From Candidatus Limnocylindrales bacterium (GTDB lineage: Bacteria > Chloroflexota > Limnocylindria > Limnocylindrales > CSP1-4), in the NCBI GenBank assembly GCA_044449785.1, contig JBIOII010000002.1, positions 1,141-65,140 on the forward strand: a DNA stretch of 64,000 nucleotides, read 5' to 3'. The stretch's first letter is position 1. Each line of letters begins with the position of its first letter. The translations under genes were made by a program, and so were the position numbers. The notes below the pieces were generated by a model. The model made no database searches and had not been told where the DNA came from. It worked only from the letters and a program-made list of their open reading frames with translations. Shown piece after piece: positions 8,618 to 17,080 of this stretch.

Positions 8618-9694
8618 ATGGACGACGACGGCGGCTTCGGCGGCGGCTTCGGCGGTGAGTCGGGGCCCGGCTTTGGCGGCGACCCGCGCGATCCCCGGCT
8701 TGCCGGTGGGGCGGGCGGTATCGGCGGTCTCGGCGGGCTGGCCGGACTCGGCCCCGGCGGGCTGCAGGGCCTGGCCGGCATCCTGGGCGTCGGCGGCATG
8801 CAGGGTCAAGACGCCCGTGACCCGCGGGGAATGCGGATCGGCGATCGAGACTCGCGCGACGTTCGGACCCAGACGGGCCGCGACATGGCCGGCGACGGTG
8901 GGGGCGGAGAGAAGCTCGAGACGATCGACATCACCGGTGAAGGCAGGCCGGCGGGATCGAACACGACGCTCGAGCCGGCAACCGTCGCCATCGACTCGAC
9001 CGGGCTGACGCTTTCGATCGGGACCGGGCGGCCGATTCGAGCCGGCTTCCGCGATCTCAGCCTCATCGCGATCCAGCAGTCGACCGCACTTCTCGTTCTC
9101 GGCCAGGGCCCGGACTCGATGCCGTTCATGCTCGAGAAGTTCGGGGACCGTCTTGGGCCGATGGTTCGGCTGCTGCGTGAGCTCAGACTCAAGCAGCGTC
9201 TTTCCGACGGCCTGGTGAAGGTGCCCGCCGGCCCCGCCGAGCTGGTCGAGTTCGCCTGGGCGCGAACGGCCGACCCGATTGGTCCCGGTCCGGATGGGCC
9301 GGCGACCGCGACGACGGGCGTCGGCCAGTTGGTCGTTCATTCGTGGGGTTTCGTCGTGTGCCCGCTGGACGAGCGCGCCACCTGGATCCACTTCCGGCGC
9401 GCCTCGATCGCCACGGTCACCACGCCCAACCCCGGTGAGGTGGCAGTCGACGGCTCGCCCGGGACGCTGACGCTGCGGGGGCTCGGGTCGGCAGCCACGC
9501 GGATGCACGACACGCTCGCCAAGCTGCGCGACGGCGCCTTCGACGACGCAGCGGGTTTCGTCGAGGGGCTGATGCCTGACGCTCCCTTCGGGTTGCGCCA
9601 AAAGGCCTCGAGCCTGCTGGTGGACGGCCGCCCGACGCGCCCCGACGCTCGGCGACTCCGGCTGGCCGATCGTCGAGACCGCGGTGCTGGGTGA
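8618..9694 (+). CDS. hypothetical protein with Gly-rich N-terminus (probably the 5' part of a disrupted longer gene)
   Basis: Start placed at ATG 8618 (MDDDGGFGGGFGG...), because upstream codons overlap the ArsR gene on the other strand. No motif recognised. See the frameshift finding. Confidence 0.5.
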   Translation: MDDDGGFGGGFGGESGPGFGGDPRDPRLAGGAGGIGGLGGLAGLGPGGLQGLAGILGVGGMQGQDARDPRGMRIGDRDSRDVRTQTGRDMAGDGGGGEKLETIDITGEGRPAGSNTTLEPATVAIDSTGLTLSIGTGRPIRAGFRDLSLIAIQQSTALLVLGQGPDSMPFMLEKFGDRLGPMVRLLRELRLKQRLSDGLVKVPAGPAELVEFAWARTADPIGPGPDGPATATTGVGQLVVHSWGFVVCPLDERATWIHFRRASIATVTTPNPGEVAVDGSPGTLTLRGLGSAATRMHDTLAKLRDGAFDDAAGFVEGLMPDAPFGLRQKASSLLVDGRPTRPDARRLRLADRRDRGAG

Positions 9695-10379
9695 GCCGAC
9701 ATTTGCCGACAGCTACGGTTCGTTGTGCTCGACCGCCGGGCCGGCGGCTCCTCGTTGGGTCGCGATGTCGCCGGTCGATCCGGGCGGGACCGACTCGAAG
9801 ATCTGGTTCCTGATCGCCATGCCGGGCAACCTTGTCGCGCTCGAGCTGGTCACCGCCGGTGCGCACGCTACGTACTTCTACCGGGTCATGCCGCGAGCTC
9901 AGTACAACGGCGAGCCGCCCGAGAAGCTGGGGATAGGCGCGGAGCAGGCGGTCCGGGACGTCAGCGAGGCGCTGGTCGACTGCCGTTTCCTGCGCGAGCC
10001 GATGGCGCTCCCGGCCGATCAGCTGCGATTGCCGAAGTACCTGCGCTACCGACTGGCGCTGGCGGTACTTCCGACTCTCGCGTGGGCGCGAGGCAGGTTC
10101 GTGGCGCGGATCGTCCACCGCGACCCGGCCAGCTGGTCCGCGGCCGTGGCCGACCTGATTCGCTGGCACGCCACCGCTCGCGACGAGGCGGCGGAGTGGC
10201 CCGGCCGCGCGGCTCAGGAAGCCGCGATTTCGCAGGCCGGCGACGACGACGGCGACGATTCGGGCGCGGCCGCCGATAGCGAGGACCATTCCACGGGCGA
10301 CGATTCGGGCGCGGCCGATACCCGCGTGGCGGTCAACCCTGCAACGCCGAACATCAAGCCTTCGGGCACAACTGGCTAG
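9684..10379 (+). CDS. hypothetical protein (probably the 3' part of the same gene)
   Basis: The ORF starts at GTG 9684 and overlaps the previous stop by 11 nt. Its frame reads protein-like sequence (APTLGDSGWPIVETA) before any start codon. Confidence 0.45.
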   Translation: MLGEPTFADSYGSLCSTAGPAAPRWVAMSPVDPGGTDSKIWFLIAMPGNLVALELVTAGAHATYFYRVMPRAQYNGEPPEKLGIGAEQAVRDVSEALVDCRFLREPMALPADQLRLPKYLRYRLALAVLPTLAWARGRFVARIVHRDPASWSAAVADLIRWHATARDEAAEWPGRAAQEAAISQAGDDDGDDSGAAADSEDHSTGDDSGAADTRVAVNPATPNIKPSGTTG

Positions 10380-10391
10380 GAGGACCGGACG

Positions 10392-10850
10392 ATGCCGACT
10401 TTCAAGCACGCGTGCCCGTACTGCGACAAGTTCATCGACAGGGCCGTGGCGGCATGCCCGTACTGCGGCCAGGTGGACCCGTTCGCGCCGAAGCGCTGCC
10501 AGAACTGCCGCAAGGACGTCGAGGACCCGGCCTGGACGGTTTGCCCGTCGTGCGGCCAGTCGCTGATAGCGCCGCCGCCCGGTGCCGCGACTTCCGGCAC
10601 GGGTGCCGGGGCGCCGGCCGCCACGGCCGCTTCCGCCCCGACCGCCCCGGCGCCGGCTGCCCAACCCGCCACTGCCGGCTCCGGGGCCGCGGCTCAGAAC
10701 GCTCCGCCGCCGCCTCCGCCGCGGCCGCCACTCAACCCGGATGCTGCGGCGCCCGTTCTGAAGTCGGCGGGTGCGTGCAGCGGCTGCGGCGCCGCGCTCC
10801 CGGCTGGCGCCCGCTTCTGCACCGTGTGCGGGACACTTGCCGGGGCCTAG
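10392..10850 (+). CDS. double zinc-ribbon domain protein with Pro/Ala-rich linker
   Basis: CPYCDKF..(10)..CPYCG, CQNC..(12)..CPSCG and C-terminal CSGCGAALPAGARFCTVCG. RBS AGGAGG 5-10 nt upstream. It starts 13 nt after the preceding stop. Confidence 0.75.
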   Translation: MPTFKHACPYCDKFIDRAVAACPYCGQVDPFAPKRCQNCRKDVEDPAWTVCPSCGQSLIAPPPGAATSGTGAGAPAATAASAPTAPAPAAQPATAGSGAAAQNAPPPPPPRPPLNPDAAAPVLKSAGACSGCGAALPAGARFCTVCGTLAGA

Positions 10851-10886
10851 ACCGAAGCCGGTTGGCAGCGAAGGCGCGCGGCGCCG

Positions 10887-11510
10887 CTACGCGACCTTGT
10901 TGCCGCAGTTGCCGCAGAAGCGGGTGTCGGCCGCCAGCTCGGCGCCGCACTTGCTGCACTTGGCCGTGCCCAACGGCGTCCCGCAGTTGCCGCAGAACTT
11001 CTCGCTGCCGACCGGCTTGCCGCAGTTGGGGCATTCGGTGGCCCGGGCGCTGAGGTCGCCTGAGAAGAGCTGCTGACCCTGCATCGCCTGCTTCATCTGC
11101 TGAAGCTCCACGGACGAGCGTTCGGCCTCCATCTCGGTGGCCAGGTTCGGCGCGCAGTTGACGCACAGGCCGCGCTGCTTGTTGAAGCAGGTCTCGTCGA
11201 CCCAGTTATTGCACCGTACGCAGCGGTGGAACAGCGGCATGATCTCATTGGAGGCTTTTTCGAGCGCCTTATCCCGCGCGTCGCGGTCGGTGACGTTCTG
11301 GGCCGTGGAGGCCGCGTTGGAAGCTCCCCAGAAACGGCCGCCCAGGATGCTGCTGGCGCCGCCGAGGAGCGTTGCGCCCGTGCCGAGGAGGTTCTTCTGA
11401 TACTCGCTTCGGTAGCCGCTGCCGCAGATTTCGCAGCGGAACTCGAATTGGTAGCCCTGGTTGGTCGAGAGATCCTGGTAGTTGCTGGTGAACGGGGTGA
11501 AGCCCGGCAT
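10887..11510 (-). CDS. zinc-ribbon domain protein
   Basis: Only the last 207 codons of track ORF 10887-12059 are taken (ATG at 11510, MPGFTPFTSNYQ...). Motifs: CEICG, CVRCNNWVDETCFNKQRGLCVNC, CPNCGKPVGSEKFCGNCG, CSKCGAELAADTRFCGNCG. Confidence 0.75.
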   Translation of the reverse strand: MPGFTPFTSNYQDLSTNQGYQFEFRCEICGSGYRSEYQKNLLGTGATLLGGASSILGGRFWGASNAASTAQNVTDRDARDKALEKASNEIMPLFHRCVRCNNWVDETCFNKQRGLCVNCAPNLATEMEAERSSVELQQMKQAMQGQQLFSGDLSARATECPNCGKPVGSEKFCGNCGTPLGTAKCSKCGAELAADTRFCGNCGNKVA

Positions 11511-11613
11511 TCGACCCACTCCTGAGTGGCGGCCGCGTGGCGGCCTCGGCTGCGACGTTGCGCCTTGAATGGTAACGCCACGGGCGGGGGTTGGGGCGCC
11601 TGAGCAGCGCCGG

Positions 11614-13296
11614 TTAGGGCAGAACGGCTGGCTCCAATCGAGCCAGGATGACGGCGTGAGGGGTGCAGGTGTCGGGCCCGGTGTCCATGCCGCCCGAGCA
11701 ATGCCCGCCGGGCTCCCATCGGAACAGGAAGAGCCCATGAATTGACTCGCCGCCACCGACTGGCCCGCCGCCGAACTCATGATAGGCGCCGAGCTGTGCG
11801 TCCATCTCATGGCCGCCGGGCTCCGACCCGAGCCACGAGACCTCGTAGCATGGCGCGCCGGCCACGTCGCAGGCATCTGCCCCCATGCCGGTGATCCATG
11901 CATCCAGGACGAAGAGGTAGGGCTGGCCCGAGGCCGTTGCCGCGGCCTTGGCGTCTGGCACGGTCCAGACCAGCCCGCCATCCGACCGAGCCGTGAGTGG
12001 ACCGAGGAGCGTGGCAGGAACGATCTCAGCGTAGGCCACATTCTGCTGGCCGGAGCCACTGCAACCGGTGCAGGGACCGCCGATCAACTGCTCGTGAATG
12101 AGGTATCTGCCGACCAGGTAGTGCGGGTCCAACTTCTCGAGAGCCGATAGCTCGGCGTCGGTCAGGGCGCGGTTGCCAGGCCCAATGAGCCCCGTCGGGG
12201 CGATTGGGAGGGTTGATGTAGGGGCGACGATCGGGGTGGCCGGCGGGCCGGTCGTGGGTGTTTGAGTCACGGCCGCAGAAGCGCTCGGCGCCGGCATCGA
12301 GATGTCGGCGACCTGCGCCAGGACTCGCCAGGCAGTGCAGCCGCGATTGTCCTGCGGCGAAGTGTTTGGGCATTGCTCAGTCACGCCGCGGACAACGTAG
12401 ACGCCGTGGATGCCGCCGGGGCTCCACGGCACTCCGTCGATCTGGTGGACGCCGCCGGCTTCGACGTGACGTTGAGGGACCGGTAGAAGAGGTGAGCTCG
12501 ATCCCGCGCGCTCCGAAGATCCGGACTCGTTCTGCGCCGCCATTGAGGCATCGACTTGTGAGTCGGCGAACCAGTCGTCGTAGGGACAGTCGTCGCCGTT
12601 CGGGTTGAGGGCGTCGCCGGCTGCCGGGACGGACGCGCACGACACAGTCAGTTCAGTGGCTCCCAGCCAGCCTTCGACCACGAATGTCTTGCCGCCCACC
12701 GGCCAATCGTCGGCCACCTTGAAGGCGTAGCCGGTGGACGCCGGCGTGATCTGACCGAGGAGCCCGAGATACCCTGGGGCAAGGTACCGGAAGGCGAACG
12801 TGCCGGTTGCGGTCGGGCCCGGAAGCTGCGCTGCCAGTGTCGCGCCCATGACGCAAACCTGCGAAGGCATGCTCTCCACGACACCAACGGTCGAGTACCG
12901 GTTCATAGGGCAGACGTCCGTTCTGGCATCGATGGTCACGGACGCGACCACCGCCGAGTTGATCGCAAGCGGCGGCCCGGCCATGAGAGAAGCCAGCTCG
13001 GCAGTCGTCAGGGGGCGGCCGGCAGGGTAGCCGTTCGATGCCGCGGGCCCCGGGTTGAAGGCCGGGAGGGCGAGGGCGATGGCGACGATCGCCACGAGCA
13101 GGACAACAACCCCCGCCGCCGCGAGTCGGGGAGGGTGCCGGACGACTCGCGGCCACCGGAGCCCGGCTCTGGGCTCTTGCACGCCATCGAGCGCAGCCGC
13201 AACGCCCGTCAGCAGCCCCTCGGGGAGGCCGCCGGCCGAGCGTCGGGCCAGATGCTCGCGGATTGCCGAGTCGATAGGCGGCAGATGCTCGTTCAT
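11614..13296 (-). CDS. putative anti-sigma factor, single-pass membrane protein with large Cys-containing extracytoplasmic domain
   Basis: Start MNEHLPPIDSAIREHL at 13296 overlaps the sigma-factor stop (ATGA). One TM segment, AAAGVVVLLVAIVAIALALPAF. The call rests on position and topology, not homology. Confidence 0.6.
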   Translation of the reverse strand: MNEHLPPIDSAIREHLARRSAGGLPEGLLTGVAAALDGVQEPRAGLRWPRVVRHPPRLAAAGVVVLLVAIVAIALALPAFNPGPAASNGYPAGRPLTTAELASLMAGPPLAINSAVVASVTIDARTDVCPMNRYSTVGVVESMPSQVCVMGATLAAQLPGPTATGTFAFRYLAPGYLGLLGQITPASTGYAFKVADDWPVGGKTFVVEGWLGATELTVSCASVPAAGDALNPNGDDCPYDDWFADSQVDASMAAQNESGSSERAGSSSPLLPVPQRHVEAGGVHQIDGVPWSPGGIHGVYVVRGVTEQCPNTSPQDNRGCTAWRVLAQVADISMPAPSASAAVTQTPTTGPPATPIVAPTSTLPIAPTGLIGPGNRALTDAELSALEKLDPHYLVGRYLIHEQLIGGPCTGCSGSGQQNVAYAEIVPATLLGPLTARSDGGLVWTVPDAKAAATASGQPYLFVLDAWITGMGADACDVAGAPCYEVSWLGSEPGGHEMDAQLGAYHEFGGGPVGGGESIHGLFLFRWEPGGHCSGGMDTGPDTCTPHAVILARLEPAVLP

Positions 13297-13835
13297 CGCG
13301 ACTCCTTCGCCAGCGCCGATTCCAGCGCCGCCCGAGCGCGGTGGAGTCGGGACTTCACCGTGCCGATCGGTACGGCGAGCACGGCAGCGATCTCGGCCAC
13401 GGAGCGCTCCTGGAGATGGTGCATGACCAGGACGCCGCGATCGTCGATCGACAACCTGGCGAAGGCGCGATCGAAGACATCGGCGTCGGCCGCCCGGTCG
13501 TCGATGGCGCGATCGGTCGATGCCGGCTCGCGATCCTCGATCGGGTCTAGCAGTCGGATCTCGCGCACGCTCGTCCGGCGGCGCCGGCGGAGCTGACTCC
13601 GGCAGGCGTTGAGGTTGATTCGCCCCAGCCATGCATCGAAGAGATCGGGATCCCGCAGGGCGTCGCGATGGCACCAGGCGGAGACGAAAGTCTCCTGGGT
13701 CGCGTCTGCTGCGTCGGCCTCATCCCCGAGGATGGCGAGCGAAGTGCGGAACACGGCATCGATCCGGCTGCGGACCAGGGAATCGAAGGCAGCGCGATCG
13801 CCCGATCGGGCTCTCTCGACGAGCGCTCGCTCCAT
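13293..13835 (-). CDS. ECF-type RNA polymerase sigma factor (sigma-70 family)
   Basis: Region 2 (DATQETFVSAWCHRDALRDPDLFDAWLGRINLNACRS) and region 4 HTH (RGVLVMHHLQERSVAEIAAVLAVPIGTVKSRLHRAR). Confidence 0.9.
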   Translation of the reverse strand: MERALVERARSGDRAAFDSLVRSRIDAVFRTSLAILGDEADAADATQETFVSAWCHRDALRDPDLFDAWLGRINLNACRSQLRRRRRTSVREIRLLDPIEDREPASTDRAIDDRAADADVFDRAFARLSIDDRGVLVMHHLQERSVAEIAAVLAVPIGTVKSRLHRARAALESALAKESR

Positions 13836-13943
13836 CCGCCTCCCTCTGGTGTCCTACCTGTATCGATGCTGGCGGCTCAGCCGGGGTTCCATCTGAATTG
13901 GCGGCCCGCTCGCCCCCGAGTCGCCGCCTGGCATACTCGCACC

Positions 13944-14972
13944 ATGACCGACCACATCGTCCCTCTAGAACGCTTCCACGAGGCGAGGCGCGTCCTCGAT
14001 GGCCGCATCGAACGAACGCCTATTCTGTCGTCGGCGACGGCGGGGCGCGTCCTCGCCGCGCGCGGCATCCGTGTGGCCGGCGGGCGCGTTTACGCCAAGG
14101 CGGAGAATCTCCAGAGGACGGGCGCCTTCAAGATCCGCGGCGCGATCAACAAGCTGAATGCGCTGACGCCTGCGGAACGAGCCGCCGGCGTGATTGCGTT
14201 CTCGACCGGTAACCACGCGCAGGGAGTGGCGCTCGCGGCCCGCGAGGCCGGGGTGCACGCCGTCGTGATGATGCCGGCCGGTGCAGTTCGGTCAAAGGTC
14301 GATTCATGCCGCGGTTACGGTGCCGAGGTGATCCTCTTTGGCGAGTCCACGGGCGAGACGTGGGGGCGAACCGAAGAATTGGCGGCCGAGCGAGGCCTGG
14401 TTTTCATTCCGCCATTCAACGATCCCTGGATCCTGGCGGGGCAGGGGACCATTGGCCTCGAGATCCTGGACGACCTCCCCGACGTGGACGTGGTCGTGGC
14501 GGGCATAGGCGGTGGTGCGCTTTGCACTGGTACCGCGGCCGCGATCAAGGAGACTCGGCCCGGCGTACGCGTCTACGGCGTGGAGCCCGAACGATCGAAC
14601 GCGCTGTCGCTCGCGCTCGAGCGAAACGAGATCGTGCGGATTACGCCGGTTTCGGTGGCGGACGGGCTGAATGCGCCGTTTGCCGGCGACTTGACGATGG
14701 CGATGGGCCGGCGTTACCCGGACGGGATCGTGCTGCTCGACGAGGGAACAATCCTTGCCGGCGTCCGATTCGCGCTCGAACGGATGAAGCAGCTGATTGA
14801 ACCGGCCGGAGCCGCTGCCCTCGCCGCGGTTCTCTTCGGCAGGATACCGATCCGCGACGGCGAACGAGTCTGTGTGGTCCTCAGCGGCGGCAACGTGGAG
14901 GTGGGGCGGCTGGGCGAGTTGCTTGCCGGCGCGGCGCCGCTCGACGTGCCGCCGGTGGTCGGTCAGGCGTAG
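13944..14972 (+). CDS. threonine/serine dehydratase (PLP-dependent, short catabolic type)
   Basis: PLP lysine motif TGAFKIRGA, FSTGNHAQGVALAA, and glycine loop GIGGGAL. Start moved to ATG 13944 (MTDHIVPLERF), because the upstream part overlaps the sigma gene region. Confidence 0.85.
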   Translation: MTDHIVPLERFHEARRVLDGRIERTPILSSATAGRVLAARGIRVAGGRVYAKAENLQRTGAFKIRGAINKLNALTPAERAAGVIAFSTGNHAQGVALAAREAGVHAVVMMPAGAVRSKVDSCRGYGAEVILFGESTGETWGRTEELAAERGLVFIPPFNDPWILAGQGTIGLEILDDLPDVDVVVAGIGGGALCTGTAAAIKETRPGVRVYGVEPERSNALSLALERNEIVRITPVSVADGLNAPFAGDLTMAMGRRYPDGIVLLDEGTILAGVRFALERMKQLIEPAGAAALAAVLFGRIPIRDGERVCVVLSGGNVEVGRLGELLAGAAPLDVPPVVGQA

Positions 14973-14984
14973 CCGGCCGCTGCC

Positions 14985-15395
14985 TCAGTCGGCGCCCAGC
15001 TCGTGCAGCCGCGAGTCCGATATCCCGAGGTGGTGCGCCAGCTCGTGGACGACGGTCAGCCGGACCTCGAGCTCCAGCTCGGCCGGATCGGGGAAGTCCT
15101 CGATGAGAGCGATCCGGAAGAGCGTGATCTTGTTCGGCGCGAATGCCCAGTCGGCGGCATATTCGTTTCGCGGCACTCCCTCATAAAGCCCGTAAAGCCC
15201 TTCGTCTGGGCGGAGCCCAGCCTCGCGGCGCTGCACCGGCGACGGCTCGTCGTCGATTACGATGGCCACCTCATCGAGTGCCCGCGCGAACGGCTCGGGG
15301 ATAGCGTCGAGGGCGCGCCCGACCAGCTCCTCGAAATGTCGGGCGGAATTTCCGCCGGTTCGACGGCGTGAACTTCCCCTGGGTCGCTTTGCCAT
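14985..15395 (-). CDS. zincin-like metallopeptidase family protein
   Basis: HELAHHLG (HExxH) near the C-terminus of a 136-aa protein, the architecture of the small 'metallopeptidase family protein' group. Confidence 0.75.
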   Translation of the reverse strand: MAKRPRGSSRRRTGGNSARHFEELVGRALDAIPEPFARALDEVAIVIDDEPSPVQRREAGLRPDEGLYGLYEGVPRNEYAADWAFAPNKITLFRIALIEDFPDPAELELEVRLTVVHELAHHLGISDSRLHELGAD

Positions 15396-15530
15396 GCCGG
15401 TATGCTACGGCCCGCCCGCAGCCGGTGCGATCGACGATCACCCGCGGCGCCCCACCGAGTTGATCATCCTCCGCCCCGAGCTGCGTTCGAAACTCGGGCA
15501 CGGCGTAGGATTCGACGAAAGGAGCCCGCC

Positions 15531-16250
15531 ATGCCGCCCGATCAGCCGCCCCACGACAAGCTCGACATGCAAGCCCACGTCCGCCAGCTCGTGGAATCGA
15601 TCGAGAGCGACGACGACGGCGCGAATGGCGGGTCAATCGGCGAGGGTTCCGCAGAATCGGCTGCTTCCATCGCGAGTAGCGAGCCTACCGGCGTCGAGCG
15701 GGCGGTTCGCGAGATCCTGGTCGAGATCGGCGAGAATCCCGATCGTGAGGGACTGCTCCGAACTCCGGAGCGAATGCACAAGATGTGGCTCGAGTTAACC
15801 TGCGGCTATCGGGTCGACCCGGATCGGCTCATCAACGGCGCGGTCTTCGACGTCGGCTACAGCGAGATGGTGGTGATCAAGGGGATCCCCTTCTACTCGC
15901 TTTGCGAGCACCACATGCTGCCGTTCTTCGGCGCCGCTTCGGTTGGGTACCTGCCGCGCGGCAGGGTGATCGGCCTCTCCAAGATTCCGAGGGTGGTCGA
16001 GATGTACGCCCGGCGGCTTCAGGTCCAGGAACGCATGACCCAGCAGATCGCCGATTTCCTCCAGTCTCGGCTGAACCCGTACGGCGTGGGGGTGGTCATA
16101 GAAGCAGAGCATCTCTGTCTGGCCATGCGCGGCGTCCAAAAGGGCGGGGCTACGATGGTCACGAGCAGCGTGCTGGGAACGTTCCGGTCCACCAAGGAAA
16201 CGCGCGACGAGTTCATGGCCCACCTGGAGCGAGCGGTGCCGCGAGTTTGA
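15531..16250 (+). CDS. folE: GTP cyclohydrolase I
   Basis: GENPDREGLLRTPERMHKMW, FYSLCEHHMLPFFG, RLQVQERMTQQIA. Start set at ATG 15531, preceded by GAAAGGAG. Confidence 0.93.
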   Translation: MPPDQPPHDKLDMQAHVRQLVESIESDDDGANGGSIGEGSAESAASIASSEPTGVERAVREILVEIGENPDREGLLRTPERMHKMWLELTCGYRVDPDRLINGAVFDVGYSEMVVIKGIPFYSLCEHHMLPFFGAASVGYLPRGRVIGLSKIPRVVEMYARRLQVQERMTQQIADFLQSRLNPYGVGVVIEAEHLCLAMRGVQKGGATMVTSSVLGTFRSTKETRDEFMAHLERAVPRV

Positions 16251-16321
16251 TCAAATCGTCGCGCGATCGCCGGTGAGCCTGCCAGGAATAGTGCTCCCGC
16301 AGACGAAAGCAGAGGGGCGAC

Positions 16322-16564
16322 ATGATCATCGATGAAAGCGAGTCCAATCCCCACGAGGAACCATGCCTCGTTTGCGGCGAAGAGACGGCCGTGGGCAGCG
16401 TCTTCTTCTCTGACCGGCATGCGGCGGAATTGCCGGACGGGACACGCGGCTTCCTGTGCTCGGCGTGCATCCAGCGCATCCGCGCAAAGGGATACCCCGT
16501 GGGTCCGAGTGAGGGGCGGCTGGTCGAGGGGTCGGTCATTACCCTGGCGCAGGGGTGGTTCTAG
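16322..16564 (+). CDS. small hypothetical CxxC...CxxC protein
   Basis: 80 aa, CLVCGEE ... CSACIQRIR. No family recognised. Confidence 0.45.
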   Translation: MIIDESESNPHEEPCLVCGEETAVGSVFFSDRHAAELPDGTRGFLCSACIQRIRAKGYPVGPSEGRLVEGSVITLAQGWF

Positions 16565-16665
16565 GCGGCGGGAGTCGCCGAGGCGCGCAAGCATGTGCGG
16601 CGGCTGCGCCTGAGTGCTTCCCGGCAGTCGGTCTGCGTGGGTCCGTCGCGGCTATCATTCCGACC

Positions 16666-17070
16666 ATGACTGATCGGCCGCTCAAGGTACTCATCGCCAA
16701 GCCGGGCCTCGATGGGCACGATCGCGGCGCGAAGGTGCTCGCGCGCGGTCTTCGGGACGAGGGCTTCGAGGTCGTGTACACCGGCCTGCGCCAGACGCCC
16801 GAGATGATCGTCGCGGCGGCCCTCCAGGAGGACGTCGACGTCGTGGGCCTGTCGATCCTCTCGGGGGCGCACATGACGCTCGTGCCGCGGGTCTGCAGTC
16901 TTCTGCGTGACCGGGGCATGAACGACGTCCTCGTCACGGCCGGCGGGATCATTCCCGACGACGACGTGCCCGCGCTCAAGGAGAGTGGCGTTGCCGCCGT
17001 CTTCGGCCCCGGCACGACGATCGCCCAGGTGGCGGATTTCCTGCGGGCCAACGCCCGGCCGCGGGACTAG
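16666..17070 (+). CDS. cobalamin (B12)-binding domain protein, methylmalonyl-CoA mutase small subunit type
   Basis: [34 protein letters not shown] (DxHxxG B12-binding motif) and GLSILSGAH. Start at ATG 16666 (MTDRPLK). Confidence 0.9.
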   Translation: MTDRPLKVLIAKPGLDGHDRGAKVLARGLRDEGFEVVYTGLRQTPEMIVAAALQEDVDVVGLSILSGAHMTLVPRVCSLLRDRGMNDVLVTAGGIIPDDDVPALKESGVAAVFGPGTTIAQVADFLRANARPRD

Positions 17071-17080
17071 TCGAACCCGC

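Noticed and set aside
8501-9601. Upstream 367 codons of track ORF 8207-9601 (-), which would give a 464-aa ArsR fusion.
   Set aside because: Only the last 97 codons look like a protein (a complete ArsR wHTH). The rest is low-complexity sequence antisense to the Gly-rich gene on the plus strand.
16985-17080. Track start of MeaB (16985), which overlaps the B12-binding gene by 86 nt.
   Set aside because: The overlap is in a different frame within a well-conserved gene. GTG 17081, just after that gene's stop, is more plausible.
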